From positions 3,123,950-3,187,949 of the forward strand of contig NC_134026.1 in assembly GCF_964204645.1 (NCBI RefSeq): a DNA stretch of 64,000 nucleotides, given 5' to 3'. The translations under genes and the position numbers were made by a program. Source of the stretch: Tubulanus polymorphus. Lineage: Eukaryota > Animalia > Nemertea. This document shows positions 14,325 to 25,900 of this stretch, one piece after another; the stretch's first letter is position 1, and every line of letters begins with the position of its first letter. Below the pieces are notes generated by a model. That model saw only the letters and a program-made list of their open reading frames with translations. It did not search any database and was not told the DNA's origin.

Positions 14325-14560
14325 CGAGAAATCCTACAATAATTCAGCTTAAGATGTAAAGTTCTTGTATATATTTGAGCAACGTTTCGGCTGAAGACTA
14401 TTTATCAGCCATCATCAGTACGCCCAATGATGGCTAATAGTCCTTAGCCGAAACGTTGCTCAAACCAGGAAAAGTGTGATGAGAACATCTGCTCAAACTA
14501 TAGACTCTTTTTACTATAGAACTTTACATCTTTGGTGGAATTTATTGCGGGATTTCACTC
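14325..14560. mobile_element. Palindromic element with a hammerhead-ribozyme-like core
   Basis: Arms tttgagcaacgtttcggct / agccgaaacgttgctcaaa and aagatgtaaagttct / agaactttacatctt. The minus strand carries CTGATGA-stem-GAAAC. Confidence 0.65.
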
Positions 14561-15472
14561 GTATATTCAACTTACACGGATATTGTGTATCCTTTCGATT
14601 GATTATGATTACAGTGATATATTTCATCTCAGATCAGACCACGGCTAGTTTTTCTTTTTTTTCGTACGCGTACGTATCTTATATTTGCTAGGTATCTATA
14701 TATTCGCAATTATACACGAGATATGAAGAAATTTGTACGTGATAATCTACCGGGTTTATGCTAGGTATATAAAATGTTCGAGTCATCGTAAGCATAATTA
14801 TATGACTATTACTTATAACATAATTAATACGTTTTCATATACAAAACTGTGACTTAACCTTGACCATAGCCTCCTTGATGTTAGGATGTTATGCGAAAAC
14901 TAGAATACAAATATAAAGTTTGCTAAATGATTTATAACAAGGTAAATTCTATAATTTCTATATATAACCGAAATGTTTTTGTATATATATATATGTATTT
15001 ATATATATATATATAACATACCGTATAGGACTTATTTAAGTTTTGTGCATGCTTTGCCCTTTAATACGAGAAGATCGTCGTACGAGTGCAATTTTTCATA
15101 GTTATATTCTTGTCATTTAGTTGCCGTAACTGATCAACTTTATCCAAGAAATAGTATATATTATAATGAACCTAATATGCAATAAGGGCAACTTTCAGCG
15201 GAAAAGATATATAACCAATGATGTTTTTTTTTCAGTTAATTCAATACTTCTGAACGATACGTCATCGCGTTCATACATATATGGCCATGGTTAGATCCAT
15301 ACTATGAGATATACATCTATATATTATTTGAAGTAGATGATATTTCGACTAACAAATTGGTTAGATGATTGCGTCGTATATGGGTGATGTTACTACTTTC
15401 ATTACTACACGAATCAATGGATGGAATCTATACGCGGAACGAGGTGTTAACTTTACATCTATATCGTACAAC

Positions 15473-15815
15473 TCATCCTCCCCCGGCAGGGATTCGAACC
15501 TGATGGCATCGAGATTGCCACGGTACGAAACCCTGCCATAATCGACCGTGTGCGCAGATACATGCGCAGTTCAGATGATGTGATTTTTAGCCAATCAGAA
15601 ATCCCGTTTTATTTTAGCCCGGGTTTTCCCATTTATAGTTCTTCCTTGAAATTTGCCTCAACGATTATACAACGAGCAATCTGATTGGTGCCGCCAGTTT
15701 TCGTTCGGAACGCTGCGCATGTACCTGCGCACCCGGCCTACTGATGCAGGGGTTCGTGCCGTGGCTGAGTGTAGCGATGCCATCAGGTTCGAGTCCCTGC
15801 AGAGGGAGGATGCGC
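15473..15815. mobile_element. ~340-bp MITE-like element with ~130-bp inverted arms containing B-box-like hairpins
   Basis: catcctccc..gcagggattcgaacctgatggcatcg..gccacggtacgaa..tgcgcagatacatgcgcag..ccaatcaga mirrored by tctgattgg..ctgcgcatgtacctgcgca..ttcgtgccgtggc..cgatgccatcaggttcgagtccctgc..gggaggatg. ACAAC flanks both sides. Confidence 0.75.
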
Positions 15816-16876
15816 ACAACCGTAATAATCCTCGTCTCTGGAAGTTAGCAAAAATTCAACGATTTCAATTCGACGAGATTCAAAGAATTGTAGTAATAAA
15901 CGTCATCGAAAAGTGACGATTCGAATCGACGTTCTGGCAATAGTTAGTCAGTACACACCATCTGGTTAAAAAATGTTATTACCTATATAACTGTCGACCT
16001 AACACGTAGAATATTTGAAAAATTATGCTATTTGTTCGCTATTTATGTGAAACGCTCCGTATTATGTGTCATATTCGTTCATGACACGGGACAAATGTGA
16101 AGACAACACCGTTTTTTTCTAGAATAGAGATTTCCAGCAGTAAAAAATTATCAGTAAAGCCAATTATCCAGGCAGTAGATAATAACCCACACGAGAGCAA
16201 AATATATGTAATCTCAATAACAAGCAGTTTCTTACAGTTATCCATGTCTGCTGGCTTTTCAATCATCAGATTCAAATACCCCACTGATTATTCGGTTGTC
16301 GTATCCTGCGTTGACTGTCGCAGGCGAGATGGTTTAATCGGTAATTTTTTCTTATTTCTGTCGAGTCTTCACGCAGTATCACAAACATCGCTTGTGCTCG
16401 GAAGCGGTTATCACATCAGAAAAACTAATAATTCCACTACTCCAAATCACAGTTTACAGCTTACCGTGTTATAACAATACAAAAACTATCTTATTAGCAG
16501 AGAAAAGGGCTTAATCTGAACTTGATGACGAAGTTTATATGTTATTTATTCTGAAAAGCACGTTCAGGACACTGAATTCTTCAGAATTCCACTAAGTATT
16601 TGAAATATACATCAATTCATCGAAGAAATGGTGGAATTTTTTTCTCATTTTCGTCACTGTATCTGTCACTATTTTGTTGTTGGATAGACTACTGACGTTT
16701 TTGATGTTTTATATGATGGCCTCGCCTTCCTCTAATTTTATGATACGAACGACTGATCGAAACTAAATCGGAAACAAACTCGGGTCGTTCATTTGTGTAA
16801 ATGTGAGATTTCACCTGAAGTTGAATCAAGCAGCACGTAACTGATGACGACACACACTAACTGTTGTTGCAGAAAT

Positions 16877-16954
16877 TCATCCAAGTACACCCCCTAACAC
16901 TCCACACAATACTATTATAAGTACCGCGATACATATCATGATCATGATCTTCTT
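16877..16954 (-). CDS. STX1A: Syntaxin alternative terminal TM exon (distal): [25 protein letters not shown]
   Basis: Polypyrimidine-TGCAG acceptor, phase 0, KK followed by a hydrophobic helix and stop; closest to the canonical syntaxin-1 tail. Confidence 0.9.
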   Translation of the reverse strand, partial: KKIMIMICIAVLIIVLCGVLGGVLG

Positions 16955-19900
16955 CTGCAAAAAATAGAAAAACGAAAACCCGTATCAATGATTGCGATCG
17001 CTTTCTTCAACTGAAGAAGAAAATAAGGGATGAAACGTTGACGATAGAATTAATGTATACATTAAAATATATGTAGATTCTAAAATTTCAAAAAGACTAA
17101 TCTTTTCGATACAACAGATAGTGCCGAATAAAACATTTCTATACGTACGTACGATTCATGCGTATTCTACTTATACCTGAAAATTCTGTAATAAATCAGC
17201 ATTGTGTTCATTTGTCTCTCAATCCTCATAGATCGTCCTCTTTATGCACTCATTTACAATACAACTCCAGGAAATTCAAGGGTTTTACAATATAGATTAT
17301 AGATTCCAGGAAATTCGATTTAACTCACGGCGATGAATTCCGATTGCAGGTCTATCTCTACGAAGCGATCGCTCATCAAGCATCCCATCGATTACCAATT
17401 AATTTTTCTAAATTCTGAGGTCTCGTTAAAAAAGCAGCGGAATTTCAGTAGAATGAAAATCCTGTTCCAGAGTCAAAGTTCAATTCTCAGTACTGTGTTT
17501 ATAGATTCTAGTAATTGACAAAATCTGAGCCAAGACTGACGAAGGCGACTTAATATGGTAAGCTAGATCAAAATCCGTAATGGAAGTACTTTTTTATCAT
17601 TGTTGCGTAGGCACCGTATCACTAAGGAACATTTGGCAGTTTGTCAAGGTGAAATACGTGTCGGTTTCAGTCTTAGTTTTGTCTCAAGAAATGGTGAAAA
17701 CAGACAACATCCACACAGTGAAAAACACAACTAACGACAACGAAAAAAGGAAGACAAACTAAAAATCTAACAGAACATAAAGACATGTTTTAATTTCTGC
17801 AGTAATAATAATAACTATAATATTAGTAAATATACATTTATATACAACATCTGTGAAATTTCATTCAAAAATCGTCATCAAATCTTGTCACTGATTGTTC
17901 AATATCACGTAAAACACAGACACAAAAATAGACACAAATTCATCATCGTGTTCAGCATCGAGAGAGACGTTCTAATAATTCATTTCTATTTCTCGAAATT
18001 ACCACCGATATATGCAGAATTTCATCAATGCCCGAAAGTACTATACACAATCGTCTTGAATTTCACCTAGATTTAGATGATAAAATGTCGTCCGTCGAAT
18101 AGATACGGCATAAAGCAACCCACCACCTCCGCTTAATACGAGCCCGCAGGCTAACATTATATATTGTATTTCTATAAATTATTGATTCAACAAGTAAAAG
18201 GCAACTATTATAAAACGTGGCAGTCAAGTGAAGGTATATTAGTCTAACAAGTATTTGCGGAATTCATTTCGGGGGAAATCTTTTGACATTGAAACGAGAA
18301 TTGATTAACCGAATGCGTGAGCAGTGGAATCTTATCAATCAGTCACGCCCTACGGAGACTCGTAGGTCGACTTCTTCATCCGCCCTTTAAACAAATACTA
18401 TTAAAAGAATCTATCCTTAGATTGAAATTATCGCACTCATTAGTTAGGTGTAGGCAGTGTTCAAAATATCAAATCCATAACTCGAAACGGTATACAAAAA
18501 ATCAACCCTTAACAACTAAAATCTGGCCGTTGCAATTCAAACTAAATTCACGGATCATCAACTCATCAATAATGAGTATCACACATAGTAACTTACCGAG
18601 TTAAACGATTGATGATCAACAAGATTTAGTTGTCATAATTCTCAGCCAGAAATATTTCAATCATGAAATTGGCGAATGGATTGATATTCCTAGATTCATA
18701 TTTGACCAGTTGTCCAGTGGACAGTTTGAATTACCGTAATATGAGGTCAATGCATTTATGATCGCTACTATTATGTAACATCTGGTATTTGCATGGTATT
18801 TATAAGTGAATCATCCAAATCAGTACGAACTTCCAGCTTCCTTCATATATTTACAATTCATGGCATATTATGAATTTCAAAAATGTGATAAACTAAAATA
18901 AAATCAAGTAAAAGTGTAAGAAATAACTTTCAAAAACCTTATTCACCAACAATACAGTTCAAATTCTCGTGACTCAAAAATCAAGATTTGGATATCAATC
19001 ATTGTATGTAATGTCACACCCAACTAGGGTGCATTGAGTCCACCACACCTTTATCAAAGATGTAATAACAGTATATTTTAGGATAAATATGACAGACACT
19101 TAGGTTAGTAGAGAGCTGGGTAAATGTTAATATTGAATTCTTCACCACAGGAGTAGAAGTTCCGAACGACTGCAGTTCGATTCTTAGGAGATAAGACAAA
19201 ATGAGACAATATTTTTCGATAATCCAAGCAAATGATTAGCACAAAACAAGAAGCAGCACGCGCAATAACTTCAACAATTTATAATCTCCATTATCAACGA
19301 AGTCTGACATTAACGAGATGGATTGCTTTATTGAAATATATATTAAACATTCTCCAATATAAACTATCGCTTCTATTATAGTTATCCACATTTGTTTCGT
19401 TATAAGAAGATTTGAAACATGTGTGACTCACTAAATGAGCTTTAAATTTCATTGATAAATGAAATTTCTAGAATAGATCTAATGATTGTACAATTTGTTC
19501 TCCCTTGTGTTATATCTGTGACCATTTCGTATATTTCATAGTTAACAATTCAACAACCTTTTCAAAGACCTATATAACAGTGTACGTAGGCCATCCCCCC
19601 CGCATTGGGAAAGGAACTTTATACAAAAAGATGTCTAGTTCCCATGAATTCAGAAACTTAAACTCAAGTTAAATTGCAAAGGTGACCAATGCATACATTC
19701 TCATGCAGGTATCAATCCGCAAGTTGGACCAACCCTTGACAATTTTCCGCCATTTTTACAATTTTTGATTTACAGGCTTTTAGGACTTTATCAGAGGATT
19801 TTTTTTTTTTGATTGGCAAAGAACTTACCAACAAATACATCACAAATGCCAGACATAGGACAATTATATCAAAAATACTGCAGATTGATACCTACATTGA

Positions 19901-22900
19901 TCAAACTTTGGTCTTTTCAACCAGAATATAACAAACATTACAAATATGGAATCAATTAAAGCACCAACTAAAATATTTACAAAAATTTACAAAAAATCAA
20001 ACAATATCATATTTAAAATCAATTATTTAAATAATATGCAACATGATGGCTGACGAACAAGTGGTAGGCATACACAAAAAAAAAATAGATTTTCAAACAT
20101 TAAGAATACTTTCTATTTCCGATCGGGTTTTTAAAAAAATCAGTTGCATCTCGAAACATCAATCAATGGCACAGAAATCATTTCAGATCAGAAATAGCGA
20201 GTATTTTATGAAATCAATACGCATAAGCAGCGTGTACGTTCCTGCACGTATCAAACGAAACGAAGGACACAATCGATGACCTTCGTCGACCTTGATACGA
20301 CAATCGCGTATATCGACGTTATTGAATCATTGCGACGAAAGCTTTGAAATAAATTAAAAGCATATTTTCATAATTTGATTTTTTTTTAGGTTGATAATCA
20401 ATTATCATTTTTCAAATAGGAGGTTAAGTTATTCGTAGCTTTGCGCTATTAATATTTTCAAATCTCACTCCGGCGACGAGATTGTGGCCACATGCATGAA
20501 TATCTTTCACTGTTCCCAGTAGTCCCAGTTACTAACTCATGAGCCGAATAGAGCTTTCGGCTGTTACACGTTCACATGCCCTGGACTACATTTTTCAAGC
20601 TCCCCTGAGTCGGAATCGTTTTTTAAAGCTTAAGAAAACTTCGCTCTTTTCATTCATTATTATTTAGGAACCGTAACGGCTATAATGATGGCTATAATCG
20701 CTAAAGCCACTATAATACACACAATAATGATGATCTTCTTCTGCAAATAAACAAGAAAACAAAGAAAACTAATCTAGAGAATTATCTACAGTGGGTGCAT
20801 CATAATGTGTACGAGCGATCTCGAATCAATGAAATCAGAATTGAAAATCATCTCAAATGATTATAGAAAAAGCGACGAAAAATCACAAGTTTGGCGCGAA
20901 ATGAAAATGTTTGCGACCGGAAACTAAATGACTGTGCATATACATAGTGCCTGAACATTGAATTCGATCCATCAAATTTTCAGTGGTAACGAAAAATCAC
21001 CGAGAACGTTTTAAAATCGGAATCGAAATTTGAACTTCATCGAATAACGCAGAATACAATACAGACGTTATATGATATTTTGGTAGACGAGAAATGAAAG
21101 AAACTGGGCAAATCGTATAGAGCTGATTATACATACCGGTGCATGCATGCGTGAATGTGTGCAGGGTTAGAACAAACAAGCAGGCAGTACCAGAAAAAGC
21201 ATCACTTCGCTAACTAAATAACTGATTGCATTTTTTAATATTTGAATATTTGATGTTAATTAATCAGTGATATAAATATCGTTAATAATTATATGTCACA
21301 CAGATTCCGACTAAGTAATCGAAATAAACATCTGCGCAAGATCAATCAAAATACAGTTTTAGCGAAACTGATAATACTGATTAGACCCTGTAGCTCTTTT
21401 GTGCCAGTTGATTAGAACTTGTATTATTGACGATACGAGAATTCAGATAGATCGTGAGTAGATTTGATTTATATCACATTTAAGGTAATGGGTGGGATTA
21501 ATTAGTATGGCTGCTATACATAGATCACCTTCCTTTAATAATACTTAATAATACATGTACCTCGTATACGAAATATTGAATACTTATTAATGCGTTACGT
21601 ATGATATTGGAGGTATGATATTTTTTGTCGTTCCACCAAACAATGGAAGTCAAGAATTCTTATACGCCTATTATCGAAAATTCATATGAAATTTTACTAT
21701 TATTCATGAATTATCAGAGCAAATTACAATGCTACAAGTTACTAACAATTGTTGAATGAATCTAGGCTATTCATATATAATAACCATATACAGATTATAT
21801 CTCATTTTAACAATAGTTTTGACTAATGATATTAGTACGGATATCAGCAGAAGAAAAATTCATTTCCTGTTAATACCAAATTAGCCACTACTCAATCAAG
21901 CAAAAATGAACAGATTTTCAGTAAACATCAAAAACTACTGAAAAGACCCTTATCATATGGTGACCAATTTCTGAAGTATGTGTGTTAATGTTTAAGTATA
22001 AATAAGTGTAGGTTAAATGTAGCGTAACAGATTTTGGATTAGCACCTAACATTTTTTGAACCACTAGTACGTAACGCACAGATCAACCATGATTTTGAGG
22101 ATAACCTCAACTTTTGGGTTGTTAATATAAAAAATCCCACACTAAGAACGAAAAATTAAAGTCGGAAATGTTTCGGTAAAGCTAGGATATCAACGATCCT
22201 AATGGTCACAGTTCTGAGTTAAATTTGACTCTTAAGATATAACATCGAAAATGAACTGATTTTAACTCAGAGTTAATTCTAACCCACAACTGTCGAACCG
22301 TGAATACTCGAATACTTCAGTATATAGTCGCAACGTTGAATACATTTTAGCCCAGGGTTTTATCGTTCGTTCATTAAGCGGGATTTTCTATCTTATCGTC
22401 GCGACACGGACCGAGTGTTTCATCGATGGTTATGTTAGATCGTGCCATCAACTCAGCCAGGAATAGATACCGCTGGCACAATGGCTTCCGTGTTTAATTT
22501 AAGGTTATTTTACATATCTACGTTAGTTATAATAATGATAATGACGACAATAGCAACCAAAAGAATACACAAGCCAAGAAGCAGCAACTTTTTCTGAAAT
22601 TAAAATGAAAATAAAAATGCAAGACGTGAACGTGAAACGTGAGGTGCTTCGTGTAGAAATAATAAACAAGCGCATATAAAAACAAAAATACAGGGTTCCT
22701 ACAGGACCACAATCTTCAAATTTGAGGGGCATTCGAGGGACTCTCAGGGTATAATCACCTAAAATTCTAGGGTTATTTTAAGATAAACTCGGAACTTTCT
22801 AAATTGCTGGACAAGGGCAGAACTAGGATCGTTTGAACCCCTGAAATTGGAATTATCACCTCGTTAGAAAGTTGTTTGAATAGTTCTTTAGAAATATGGG

Positions 22901-25900
22901 ATCAAAAAGATTTTCTAAGGCATATTTTCAGAATTTGAGGGGTATTTGAGGGGCCAATGGCTAAAACATACAATTTGAGGAATTTTGGTACCCCCAAAAT
23001 TTAATTTTGGAATTATAGGGTTGTTTGAGGGATTTGAGGGACTGTAGGAACCCTGAAGTAGGAAAGAAAGATGGAAAGCTCAACTTAAAAGATGAAAACA
23101 ATGTTGTCATGCATTATCTTTAAACATTGCAAATTATAGCTTGTTAGTTTCAGTAACAAAAATGCCTTTTGAAGAAAATTGCTAGAATATCTATAAACTG
23201 GCAAATAGTGGTATAAAATAAATAAGTCTGATGATAGAACTAGTTTCAAACCACCATCACCACCACTGCCATCATCAGTAACAATGTCTCCTTCACCAGA
23301 GCATATACAAATGTATAGAAATCTATGGCCGGCGTAAGAGGTGTATCGTAGGTATTCTTTTGACATTTTCTATCGATGGTTTGATATCTGTGTACGTGTG
23401 CTGATTCAACACAGATATGATATCAGATAGCTAAGTTGTCAACGGAATACTGAAACATATACCGGGTAACGCTTATTGATTTATTTGTCATTAATGCTAC
23501 CGTCCCTCCATCTGCCATTATATCAATTAGACTACTGTTAATTTTGTTCACAATACCAGCCCAGCTTCTCTTACTGATGAAGGAGGTTTCATTCTCTTTT
23601 TATTCTATGCTAGTAATTATTAAAGAGCAGCAGACACTTGAATATTCATCCTTAAGATCCAAAGTGCAAGAAAGAAGAACAAACAGTACCCAAAATATAT
23701 CAATCTCGCAAATTTTCATTTCTTATATTGTCTACTGCTCATTAAGGGAGATGTGCTATGTTGTTAAAAGGGAATATGTGCATTGCCACAGTTTCTTTCA
23801 TTTGTTTCAAACCGTCAGATTTCAGAGAAAAATCATCAGTAAACCACAGATTAATAGCTCGCGTAATTAGACAACATATATATATATATACACAAAATCA
23901 TCTGATTTATAGATTTACATATAAAATGCCTGAAACAAATGATTATTTCATCGAAATCATTTAAAATGATGATTATGCCAAGTTTACACAGGTATTGCGA
24001 TTCACACGTATTTATGTAGAAGAATGAAAACTGTTTTTTCGTCCGTTCGACAAGTTTGTGTAAACCCGAACATCGAACAATGATTTAAGTGACAAGATTC
24101 AATTTCCATGATACGAAAATCATAGCGAGAAGAATATTTCATTTCGGAAGCAATCGAGAAATAAAAATACGATCGCGAAAAAAGTTTCCTCTTGATCGAA
24201 CGACACAACATGAAAAAAGCGAACAACATCGCAAAAAAATGCTCCAGTCGGCGTCGTCGACTTTTTGAAGTGATCCGACGGTAAATCAATGATTTACTCA
24301 ACAGACGCCAGCTTATATGTTTTTGAGCGACTGTAAAATGAGAACTTATGGATTTATTTGTACGCGTTTAATAATAATATGCCGAAAAAGGATCACACCC
24401 AGTCAGTAACGTAACCAGACAACTACAACATCGACGACAACGACGCAGCATATTTCAGCGATGATGTTGCAATAATCTACAGACAATCAGATAATAATAT
24501 TTAAAGTACGATAAATATGATTTTTATACCTAGCGCAAACTGAGTAACCGTTGTGAATACTTCACTCAAAAACTATTCAAAACCTTCCAAATAAACAAAA
24601 CAGGGTTGTGTTTTCTATATGCTACTGATTTAAGCCCAGGGTTGACAACCTATACAAGGTGGCCACTTTCCACCCATTTATAAATCCCCCGAGTTTTCCC
24701 TGATTTTTCCATGTGATTACACACAATTCCCCGAGTGAATCAGAGAAATTTCTAGGCTTGAAATGTTACAATTCATTCATTTTTTATTGAATCACGTACT
24801 GATAAAGAATTATGTGGTCAATAGCATTACCCAAATTCACAGATCTTTCCAGGTTTTTTGGTAAAATTTGTCAAAGAGTTTTCCCTGATTTTTTCTAGAT
24901 TTTTCTGATTCCATAGGTATTCCAGGTTTTCCAGGTAATTGGCCACCCTGCCATAGGTTGATTAGAGTGGTTTAAGAATATGCGCAAAGTATTCACACAA
25001 TGTATAAGTTTGCATGTGGAAGAACTGTATAACACTTACCCTTCTAGCTTTACTCTGGTATTTTACCGCTTTCTTCGTGTCCATTTTGGCAGTTTCTATA
25101 TAATCTACAGATTGTTCCACGTTATATTCTATACGATCTATCATCTCTCCCTTAAAAAAAAAAAACGCAAAAATTCAAGACCACATACACTGTACCATCG
25201 CGATGAAAATAAAGCATCAAACTACAAAGGTAAGGTCAACTTTATTTGTATCGAATCATAGTTATTCGACCCATTTCTTAAATTTCTCAAAATTAAATTC
25301 AAAATAGACGTGATCATGATTTCACTAATGAATTCAGATGGTGCAACCATTTTACATCTAATCATCTTCAACATACTTGACTTTCTACAAGCATCGCCAT
25401 GTCCATGAACATATCGTGAAGTTCTTTGATACTTTTCTCTAATTTCATAATATCCGCATGGCGAGCTTCTATAATGGCTAATGACTGTTTTGCTTCTTGC
25501 GTCTCAGTGATGATCTAAAAAAGGAGAATTTATATACATGTATATACATCATATATATGGCATACATGTACATACAAGCAAGTAAAAGTGCATGTATGGA
25601 ACATCCGTTTTTTACGTTGCTAACCGTGAAGACAGAATCATTAATTGAATATGTTTATGTACAGTAAAACCTCTGTGCAGTGAATACTTGGTTGAGGGCA
25701 AAACGTTCACGGCAGAGAGGTATTCACTGTAGAAAAGGTACAAATCGCTAGTAAACCAACTAGAAAATTTAGGTTGGTCTCTAGAAAAAAGTGTTCATTA
25801 TGGGAGATGTTCACTCTGACAAGAGGTGTTCACTAAGGGAGGTTTTACTGCACAAGTACATCACATTTGTACATGTACATCGATGTTAATTCATGTGCAG

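Larger units (their letters stand above)
11465..16876 (-). other. Putative long (~5.4 kb) syntaxin 3'UTR
   Basis: No coding exons between the last TM exon stop (16877) and a minus-strand AATAAA at 11465-11470. The extent is inferred; earlier AATAAA sites exist. Confidence 0.4.

Noticed and set aside
17010-17040. CTGAAGA...GAAACGTTG hammerhead-like boxes
   Set aside because: No stem II between the boxes.
24403-24476. Hydrophobic frame [20 protein letters not shown] as another syntaxin TM exon
   Set aside because: Out of phase with the available AG. The in-phase reading is [17 protein letters not shown], and nothing supports its use.
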